Assembly (NCBI GenBank): GCA_963843975.1
Contig: CAWJMG010000003.1
Coordinates: 1,830,001 to 1,862,000 of the forward strand
DNA length: 32,000 nt
Direction of reading: 5' to 3'
Source: an uncultured Actinomycetes bacterium
GTDB taxonomy: Bacteria > Actinomycetota > Actinomycetes > S36-B12 > CAIYMF01
Within the stretch, counting starts at the first letter, position 1, and each line of letters starts with the position of its first letter. Below, one piece after another: positions 25,817-32,000 of the stretch. Under the pieces are notes generated by a model. It searched no databases. It was not told where the DNA came from and saw only the letters and a list, made by a program, of their open reading frames with translations. Position numbers and translations under genes: made by a program.

Positions 25817-26751
25817 TACTTGGCCTCGGGCCGGAGCCGCATCGCAAGCGGCCGCAACGGTGCGCCGGACGCCCCTTTGAGCCGGATCGGCGCCGCGATG
25901 CAGGCGAACTCGTGGACTCCGTCGGCGGAGAGCTCCTCGAGGTTCGCGAGCTCGATCATCGGCACGCCCGCCTCGGCCAGGAAGTGGCAGTGGCCGGGGA
26001 GCCAGTTGTCTTCATGCTGGCTGGGACCCACCTCGACGCACTCCTGGTCAGAACCGACGGCCACGATGCCCTGGCTGGTGATCCACCGAGCGGCCTCCAG
26101 CGACAGCCCAGGGGGGTTCCCCAGGGTCTTCGAGCCGTCCGGCCAGTAGCGCATACGCCCGGTCCGCACGAATGCGACGTCGCCCTCCTGCAGGCTGAGA
26201 CCTTGGGCAACGAGAGCATCCTGCAGATCCTGGGGCGTGATCGCGTAGGAGTCGGGCAGGCAGTCGACGCCCTGGTGGGCGGCCACATCGATGAGGATGC
26301 CCCGCGTCACGATCGGGACGATTTGCTCAGCTCCACCCTTGAACCAGTGACGCGATCCGAGGTGGTCCTCCGGACGGAAGTTGTTGTAGATCTTGCCGTC
26401 CGCGCCGAAGTGGTTCAACGAGTCGATGTGGGTGCCGGTGTGCGTGTACATGAAGATCACGTCACCCGAGTAGCAGACGTGCCGGTTCACCTCGGAGCCG
26501 ACTCCGTTGAGGTTGTCGACGACGGTGCCCGCGGGCGTGTGGCTCATGAAGATCTGGTATGCCGGGTCACCGGCTGCCTGGAAGCTGGGCATGCCGACGA
26601 AGTAGTCGATGCTGAGGTCGTAGACCCGCGAACCGTCAGCGCGAGCGATGATCGACGCCATCGACTCAGGTGTCATCAGGTTGAGGGCGCCCAGCTCGTC
26701 GTCAGGGCCCCACGGGCTCGTGGCGACCGAGATGTCAGCACGATCGCCCAT
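25816..26751 (-). CDS. cyclase-family protein (kynurenine-formamidase fold)
   Basis: 311 aa. HxGTHxD-type motif YTHTGTHIDSLNHF. It has 1-nt overlaps with both neighbours (TGATG at 26749-26753, TAGTG at 25814-25818). Confidence 0.8.
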   Translation of the reverse strand: MGDRADISVATSPWGPDDELGALNLMTPESMASIIARADGSRVYDLSIDYFVGMPSFQAAGDPAYQIFMSHTPAGTVVDNLNGVGSEVNRHVCYSGDVIFMYTHTGTHIDSLNHFGADGKIYNNFRPEDHLGSRHWFKGGAEQIVPIVTRGILIDVAAHQGVDCLPDSYAITPQDLQDALVAQGLSLQEGDVAFVRTGRMRYWPDGSKTLGNPPGLSLEAARWITSQGIVAVGSDQECVEVGPSQHEDNWLPGHCHFLAEAGVPMIELANLEELSADGVHEFACIAAPIRLKGASGAPLRPLAMRLRPEAK

Positions 26752-27050
26752 CAGGGCTGGCTCCGCTCGAAGTCGACGACGGCCCGCGACTCGAAACGAG
26801 GCGTGAGGTTCTCCACGACCGACACGTGGTAGGGGTCGTTGGAGTACTCATCCAACGCCTCCCACGACTCGAAGTCCGAGATGAGCACGCCGTCCCACGG
26901 TGCGCCGTTGTCGCCCGGGTCTCCCTGGTGGACGCCGATCTCCCAGTACTTGATGATCGGGAGCCGCTCGGGGAGCGTGTTGAGGAGGTCGAGGATCTCC
27001 TGGTGGTTCTGGCCGGCGGCGATGCGCCAGGCGAAGACGTGACGGATCAT
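26751..27050 (-). CDS. Dabb (stress-responsive alpha/beta-barrel) domain protein
   Basis: 99 aa from ATG 27048-27050, which is preceded by GAGGAG. MIRHVFAWRI...YWEIG...SDFESWEALDEYSNDPYH is typical of the Dabb family. I rejected the longer ORF start at 27143. Confidence 0.75.
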   Translation of the reverse strand: MIRHVFAWRIAAGQNHQEILDLLNTLPERLPIIKYWEIGVHQGDPGDNGAPWDGVLISDFESWEALDEYSNDPYHVSVVENLTPRFESRAVVDFERSQP

Positions 27051-27178
27051 GGCTGTCTCCTCGGTCGGATGGTCGCGTACCAGGACGTTCGCGGGTAAGT
27101 GTCGTGCGAGAGCCTTCAGTGGCTCCACTGCGCACAGCGACAACGTTCGGCGCGCAGTTGCAGTGTTCGGTGAATGGG

Positions 27179-29512
27179 TCAGCGGACCGGGCGGGCAAGC
27201 TTCCAGATGGACTCAGGTGTCGCTGGCAGCCGCGTGATGCCGTCTGTGGCGCCCAACGCGTCATCGATGGCGCCGGCGACGGCCGCCCCCACCGCGATCA
27301 GGCCGACTTCACCGAGTCCCTTGGCGCCCAGAGGGTTGTCACGGGTGGGTGCGTCCTCGGTGAGGTACAGGTCGACGTATGGGACGTCCGTTGACGTCGG
27401 CATGAGGTAGTCCATTAGCAGCGTGGAGAGCGGCTGGCCGTCATCGTCGTACACGAACTCCTCGAAGAGTGCGCCTCCGATTCCCTGCGCGGCCGCGCCG
27501 ATCACCTGACCTTCCGTCGTCTGGGGGTTGATCATGCGACCGCATTCACTTGAGGTGAAGAAGCGCAGAATCCGGTGACCCCCAGTGGCCGGGTCGATCT
27601 CGATCTGGGCCAGTGTCACGCCGTAGGGGTAGTTCATGTGGTGCTCGAGGTACACAGCATCGGCGCGCAGACCGGGATCATCGTCGTCTAGACGCGCCGT
27701 CCACCCGTCCCATGCACCAGCGATCTCAGCCAGAGTCATGCCCCTGGTTGGATCGCCGACAACCTGCACCCGGCCGTCCGCCAGTTTGAGATCGGCCTCG
27801 TTGACATCCATGATCCGAGCAGCCACCCGGCGGGCCTTCGCGACGACCTTGATGGCCGCCTCGCGCGCCGCTCCACCCGCGATCACGGTGCTCCGACTCG
27901 ACCACGAGCCGACACCATCGGGGACCAGAGCGGTGTCGCTGTGCAGCACGTCGATGAGCTCAGGCTGGACCTGCAGCTCGTCCGCGACTATCTGGGCAAG
28001 CACCGTCTCAATCCCCTGCCCGACTGATGACGCGCCGGTGAGCACACGGACGCGTCCCGTGGAGTCCACCTCGACGCTGCCGGTCTCGTAAAGGCCCAGG
28101 CCTGCCTTGTCCATAAGCACTCCGATGCCCGTACCGAGCAGGCGGCCCTCGGCGCGAGCCTCGACGCATTCGGCCTTCCACTCGTCGAACCCCGCTGCTG
28201 CCAAGGCGTTCTCGAAGTGCTCCCGCACGTCTCCCGAGTCGAATACGTACGGCTCGAAGCAGATGTCCAACCCGGGCTCCCAAGGCAAGTCGTGCGCGCT
28301 GAGAAGGTTGATCCAACGGATCGCCTCGCGGCTGATCCCCATCTGCGCTGCGGCCTTGTCAAGAAGTCGCTCACGCGCGAAGGTGACCTCGAACCGGCCC
28401 GGCGCGCGGTAGGCGGCCGACGGCGTCTTGTTCGTCAGGACTGCGTGCAGGACAGCCTCGAACGCGGGAACCCGGTAGGGTCCGACGACGATTCCAGCAG
28501 TGATGTCGCTGCAGAGCGGCTCGGCTTGCCGAAGGTACGCACCATGGTTGTGCCAGATCTCGTCCTTGAGCGCCAGCAAGCGCCCGGCCTCGTCAAACGC
28601 ACCCGAGATTCGATGCACCTGTTCGCGGGCGTGGGCGATTCCGGTCATGCTTTCGAGGCGGTCCTCGATCCACTTGACGGGTCGGCGCAGCAGCCGTGCA
28701 GCAAATGCTGCCAGCGGGTATTCCGGAAAGACTCCCCCTCGCACGCCGAAGTTGCCTCCGATATCACACGTGCGCATGCGAATGCTGGTGACCGGCATCC
28801 CAAGCATCCCCGCGATGATGCGTCGGCAGTCGTGGATGTGGACGGTGCCCCAGATGTTCAACTCGTCGCGACCGGGGTCGGGCTCAACCACGATGCCGCG
28901 GGTCTCCAGTGGGGTACCGGAGTGGCGCCCGGTCGAGTACTCCGCGTGCACGACGTGCGCAGCGGACCTGAATGCCTCGTCGGCCTCTCCGTATCGCTTG
29001 ACGATAGTCACGGACTCGTTGCTCAGCGCGCCGTGCAACGGCGGACCGGACACCGCCGTCTTGGGGTCCAAAAGAACGGGCAGGGCGTCGTATTCGACCG
29101 CGACGAGCTCAGCGGCATCCTCAGCTGCATAGGCACTGGTGGCGAAGACCGCTGCCACCGGCTGGCCGACGTAGTGCACCGCGTCCTGAGCCAGCACTGG
29201 ATGGGTGTAGTCCTCCAGGTTGGGGAAGACCTCGTGATAGCCGATCTGCTCGAGCGGCACGGCACCGAGATGGGCGACGTCCGCACCGGTCAGCACGCAC
29301 ACGACGCCAGGGGACGCAGCGGCGGCGGAAGGGTCCACTGACACGATCCGCGCGTGGGCCGACGACGAGCGGACCACTCGCATGAACACCTGTCCGACGA
29401 GGTCTACGTCATCGACGAAGGTGCCTGCTCCGATCAGCAGCCGACCGTCCTCACGTCGCGCTAGGCGTCGGCCCACCTGGCGGCCGTTCGTCTTCCGCTC
29501 GGTGTCGGTCAC
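27179..29512 (-). CDS. Mo-hydroxylase molybdopterin-binding large subunit (CoxL-like), copy 1, intact
   Basis: 777 aa. GTG start preceded by GGAG. Xanthine-oxidase-family blocks are present (GRHSGTPLETRG, IGGNFGVRG, RRPVKWIEDRLES, AAYRAPGRFE, GLGEVG). It lacks the form-I CO-dehydrogenase loop. Confidence 0.9.
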   Translation of the reverse strand: MTDTERKTNGRQVGRRLARREDGRLLIGAGTFVDDVDLVGQVFMRVVRSSSAHARIVSVDPSAAAASPGVVCVLTGADVAHLGAVPLEQIGYHEVFPNLEDYTHPVLAQDAVHYVGQPVAAVFATSAYAAEDAAELVAVEYDALPVLLDPKTAVSGPPLHGALSNESVTIVKRYGEADEAFRSAAHVVHAEYSTGRHSGTPLETRGIVVEPDPGRDELNIWGTVHIHDCRRIIAGMLGMPVTSIRMRTCDIGGNFGVRGGVFPEYPLAAFAARLLRRPVKWIEDRLESMTGIAHAREQVHRISGAFDEAGRLLALKDEIWHNHGAYLRQAEPLCSDITAGIVVGPYRVPAFEAVLHAVLTNKTPSAAYRAPGRFEVTFARERLLDKAAAQMGISREAIRWINLLSAHDLPWEPGLDICFEPYVFDSGDVREHFENALAAAGFDEWKAECVEARAEGRLLGTGIGVLMDKAGLGLYETGSVEVDSTGRVRVLTGASSVGQGIETVLAQIVADELQVQPELIDVLHSDTALVPDGVGSWSSRSTVIAGGAAREAAIKVVAKARRVAARIMDVNEADLKLADGRVQVVGDPTRGMTLAEIAGAWDGWTARLDDDDPGLRADAVYLEHHMNYPYGVTLAQIEIDPATGGHRILRFFTSSECGRMINPQTTEGQVIGAAAQGIGGALFEEFVYDDDGQPLSTLLMDYLMPTSTDVPYVDLYLTEDAPTRDNPLGAKGLGEVGLIAVGAAVAGAIDDALGATDGITRLPATPESIWKLARPVR

Positions 29513-29651
29513 TACTCGCTCCAGACGTCGTTACCTGCCTAGCTGCTGTCATCATCGCCGCCGTCGCGCCGGTGCGCCTTATACGAATCCGTGAAAGCCG
29601 AGGTGACTTCCTCGCGTTGAGCCCTAATAGGTCCTCGACGCCTTGCCCGTC

Positions 29652-29734
29652 GCCCTGGTGGTTCGCGGCGGACGGCCCACCAGGGCCGGGGCGCCTTGGA
29701 CCCGGCATGCTGTTCGTGTTCCAACAAGGCGCCC
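29652..29734. promoter_or_regulatory. two adjacent 10-bp inverted repeats in the divergent large-subunit/coxG intergenic region
   Basis: IR1: gccctggtgg (29652-29661) pairs with ccaccagggc (29677-29686). IR2: gggcgccttg (29689-29698) pairs with caaggcgccc (29725-29734). Both are perfect. The function is not established. Confidence 0.3.
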
Positions 29735-29814
29735 GCCTCAACTGCCGCCTCTAGGCCATGCCCGAGGTGCGAGGCCAGATCTACCGTCGGTGGTCCGTCT
29801 ACTGAGGAGCCCCC

Positions 29815-30475
29815 GTGCAGTTGGAGAACTCTTTTCGCGTCCCCGCCGGCATCGATGATGCGTGGACCGCCTTGCAGGACGTCGAGCTGCTCAGCTCCGT
29901 GCATGCCCGGCACGACACTCATCGCCGTGAACGGCGACGAGTTCGACGGCTCGGTCAAGGTGAAGCTGGGTCCGGTCGCCATGACCTACGGGGGGCGGGC
30001 TCGTTTCGTCAGCCGGGACCATGACGCACACGTCCTGGCCATCGAGGGAGCCGGTCGGGACTCCCGAGGCACGGGGACGGCGGCCGGCACGGCGACGGTG
30101 ACTCTGTTGACCGATTCGCCCACGACCACCCGCGTCGACGTCCTCACCGAACTGACCGTGACCGGCAAGGCGGCGCAGTTCGGACGCGGCGTGATGCAGG
30201 ACGTGGCAGCCAGGATCGTCGACCAGTTCGCCGCGAACCTCGCGGTTGCGCTGGCTGACCGGACGACCCAACCGGACCAGGCGCTCGTGGGGAATCCATC
30301 GGTGAGCAGTGGTCAATCGAGCAATCCTCAGCCGATCGCCGCGCCGACCCGACCGGAACGTGTCGACAGCATCGACCTTCTTGGAACTGCCGGTGCACCA
30401 GTCCTGAAGCGCGTTCTGCCGCTCGTCGCCGCCGCCATCGTGGCGGGGGTCGTGATCTGGTGGATCCGCCGGTGA
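29815..30475 (+). pseudogene. CoxG-like SRPBCC protein with C-terminal transmembrane tail; apparent frameshift near codon 27
   Basis: GTG 29815 is preceded by GAGGAG and encodes a canonical CoxG N-terminus (MQLENSFRVPAGIDDAWTALQDVELL). The expected continuation (APCMPGTTLIAVNGDEFDGSVKVKLGPV...) lies in the +1 frame from about 29893. The tail LPLVAAAIVAGVVIWWIRR is hydrophobic. Confidence 0.65.
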
Positions 30476-31080
30476 AGGCGGCAGAGCCGCCACTTCGCAT
30501 CGGCATCGTGATCGGCAGCACGCGGCCCGAGCGGGTCGGGGACTCAGTGGGCCGATGGATCCACACCCTCGCCAACGAGCGTGGCGGGGCGGACTTCGAG
30601 CTCCTCGATCTCCGAGATTTCGGTCTCCCCCTCCTCGATGAGCCCGGGCACCCCTCTGCGGGAGAGTACGTGCACGACCACACCCGCCGATGGTCCGAGG
30701 CGATCGCTGCGTGCGACGGCTTCATCTTCGTCACCCCCGAGTACAACCACTCCACGTCCGCCGCCCTGAAGAACGCACTCGACTTCCTGTACAACGAATG
30801 GGGTATGAAGCCGTGCAGCTTCGTTGGCTACGGGGGAAGCCTCGGAGCCCGCGCGATCGCTTCCCTCCGGATGATCATGGGTGAGCTGTCCATGGCAGAC
30901 CTGCGCGGCCATGTAGGTCTGTCCACCAGGTCGGACTTCGTCGATGGGCAGTTCCGGCCGAGTGATGTCCGTGAGTCGATGGCGACGTCGATGCTCGACG
31001 AGCTCGTGCTCTGGGCCCGCGGGCTTCGGTCCATGCGGAGCGAGTTGAGACTCCAGCGAGAGGGGGCGAGCGAGGCATGA
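30460..31080 (+). CDS. NAD(P)H-dependent FMN reductase family protein
   Basis: LRIGIVIGSTRPERVG and FVTPEYNHS motifs. The start is GTG 30460, or GTG 30472 (GTGA overlap with the coxG-like stop). Confidence 0.8.
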   Translation: MDPPVKAAEPPLRIGIVIGSTRPERVGDSVGRWIHTLANERGGADFELLDLRDFGLPLLDEPGHPSAGEYVHDHTRRWSEAIAACDGFIFVTPEYNHSTSAALKNALDFLYNEWGMKPCSFVGYGGSLGARAIASLRMIMGELSMADLRGHVGLSTRSDFVDGQFRPSDVRESMATSMLDELVLWARGLRSMRSELRLQREGASEA

Positions 31081-31868
31081 GAGTCATCGTCCTGGTCAAG
31101 CATGTGCCCGACGCCTCGGGTGACCGTGGGGTCACGGCCGATGGCACCACCAACCGCGACGCAGTCGACGGTCGGCTGTCCGAGCTGGACGAGTACGCCG
31201 TCGAGCAGGCACTTCAGGTCATCGAGAAGGTCGACGGGGGTGAGATCGTATACCTGACGATGGGCCCGGCGCCCGCCGGCGAAGCGTTGCGCAAGGCGCT
31301 CTCCATGGGCGGCGACGCGGCCTACCATGTTGTCGACGATGCGTTGCACGGTTCGGACGCGTCGGGGACGTCGCTGGTGCTCGCGAAGGCGCTGGAGCGC
31401 ATCGGTGCCGAGAGTGCCTACGACCTCGTCCTGACCGGGATGGCGTCGACTGACGGCGCGATGGGCGTCCTCCCAGCAATGCTCTCCGAGCGTCTCGGTC
31501 TGCCGGGTCTCACGTTCGCCGCAAGTCTGCACGTCGCCGACGGCGCCGTCACGATCCGTCGAGACGACGACGATGCGTCCACCACCATCACGGCAGCCCT
31601 ACCTGCCCTCGTGTCGGTCACCGACCAGACGGGCGAGGCTCGCTATCCGTCGTTCAAGGGGATCATGGCGGCCAAGAAGAAGCCTGTGATCACATGGACG
31701 CTGGCCGACCTCGGCGTTGGGGCGGAGAGCGTGGGTCTGTCGGGCGCCCTAACCATCGTTGAGGGCGCGTCGCCACGACCACCGCGGGAGGCCGGCACCG
31801 TCGTCAACGACGAAGGCGACGGCGGCGTGAAGCTCGCCGAGTTCCTCGCCGGCCGCAAGTTCATCTAG
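31077..31868 (+). CDS. etfB: electron transfer flavoprotein beta subunit
   Basis: MRVIVLVKHVPD..., DEYAVEQAL, LVLTGMASTDGAMGVLPAMLSERLGLP, FKGIMAAKKKP. ATGA overlap with the FMN reductase gene at 31077-31080. Confidence 0.9.
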   Translation: MRVIVLVKHVPDASGDRGVTADGTTNRDAVDGRLSELDEYAVEQALQVIEKVDGGEIVYLTMGPAPAGEALRKALSMGGDAAYHVVDDALHGSDASGTSLVLAKALERIGAESAYDLVLTGMASTDGAMGVLPAMLSERLGLPGLTFAASLHVADGAVTIRRDDDDASTTITAALPALVSVTDQTGEARYPSFKGIMAAKKKPVITWTLADLGVGAESVGLSGALTIVEGASPRPPREAGTVVNDEGDGGVKLAEFLAGRKFI

Positions 31869-32000
31869 CCGAGGCCACGCATTGACTCACAACTGTGCCG
31901 TCTCACCGGGGGTCTTCGAACTCGCACCGACCGCCTCGCGGTGGTCAGTTGCGCAGGGCGGCTCGCTAAGGGCAGACCGTTCCGGCGCGTTGGCGTTCAC

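Noticed and set aside
20855-29512. Interpreting the CoxL/M/S/G-like genes as aerobic carbon monoxide dehydrogenase
   Set aside because: Neither large subunit carries the form-I CODH active-site loop (VAYRCSFR). The loops read AYRAPGR and AYRGVGY. The neighbouring genes are heterocycle and amine catabolic genes, not coxDEF.
29513-29814. Molybdenum-cofactor riboswitch upstream of the large-subunit gene
   Set aside because: I cannot recognise the conserved Moco-motif core by eye. The inverted repeats are reported only as unexplained structure. An Rfam/Infernal scan is needed.
9782-30475. Programmed +1 ribosomal frameshifting as the explanation for the five frame breaks
   Set aside because: I see no shared slippery or hungry-codon context at the junctions. 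The sites fall in unrelated genes. Sequencing error or pseudogenisation is much more parsimonious.
31887-32000. Possible 3' end of a minus-strand gene after etfB (...ALSEPPCATDHREAVGASSKTPGETAQL, stop at 31887-31889)
   Set aside because: Only 38 codons are visible. They are low-complexity, have no recognisable motif, and fall below the ORF-track threshold. This is not enough to call.
1-32000. Mobile elements, tRNA/rRNA genes, CRISPR arrays, defence or toxin-antitoxin systems
   Set aside because: I recognised no transposase, integrase or recombinase-like ORF. I also found no direct-repeat/spacer array, no cloverleaf-compatible segment and no small paired ORFs of TA type. Intergenic space is small and is accounted for above.

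Overview
This 32-kb window is high-GC with actinobacterial-style codon usage and is almost entirely coding. I found no rRNA, tRNA, CRISPR array, transposase or integrase. The content reads as a catabolic island for an N-heterocyclic and/or N-methylated amine substrate.

**Gene content, left to right**
- The 3' end of an alpha/beta hydrolase gene and a small cupin gene (+).
- A long minus-strand unit: a PotD/B/C/A-type ABC importer, then a dimethylglycine-dehydrogenase/MABO-like flavoprotein-GcvT fusion, then purU.
- A divergent PucR-family regulator.
- A minus-strand unit: a 7-TM PQ-loop membrane protein, an FAD oxidase, XdhC, a TMADH/histamine-dehydrogenase-family amine dehydrogenase, and a second FAD oxidase that is frameshifted.
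- A second, diverged PucR paralog.
- An orphan pair of Mo-hydroxylase medium (FAD) and small ([2Fe-2S]) subunit genes (+).
- A long minus-strand unit: an intact Mo-hydroxylase large subunit, a Dabb protein, a cyclase-family protein, a 2,6-dihydroxypyridine-3-monooxygenase-like flavoprotein, second medium and small subunits, a twice-frameshifted second large subunit, and a nitrilase-superfamily amidase.
- A plus-strand unit: a CoxG-like protein (frameshifted), an NAD(P)H-FMN reductase, and etfB.

**Interpretation.** The parts list resembles the pAO1 nicotine regulon (pyridine pathway) and 2-hydroxypyridine catabolism, but it is not collinear with either. It also adds elements not expected there: the TMADH-family enzyme plus ETF, the ABC importer and the PQ-loop protein.

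**Most notable observations**
- Five apparent frameshifts, all needing a +1 correction. Most lie in genes that have a paralog in the window.
- Scrambled bookkeeping of Mo-hydroxylase subunits.
- A translationally coupled monooxygenase/cyclase/Dabb module.
- A SWEET-like 7-TM protein with a Cys-rich tail.
- A 380-bp gap with coding-like codon periodicity but no clean ORF.

All functional calls rest on motif recognition by eye. No database search was run.
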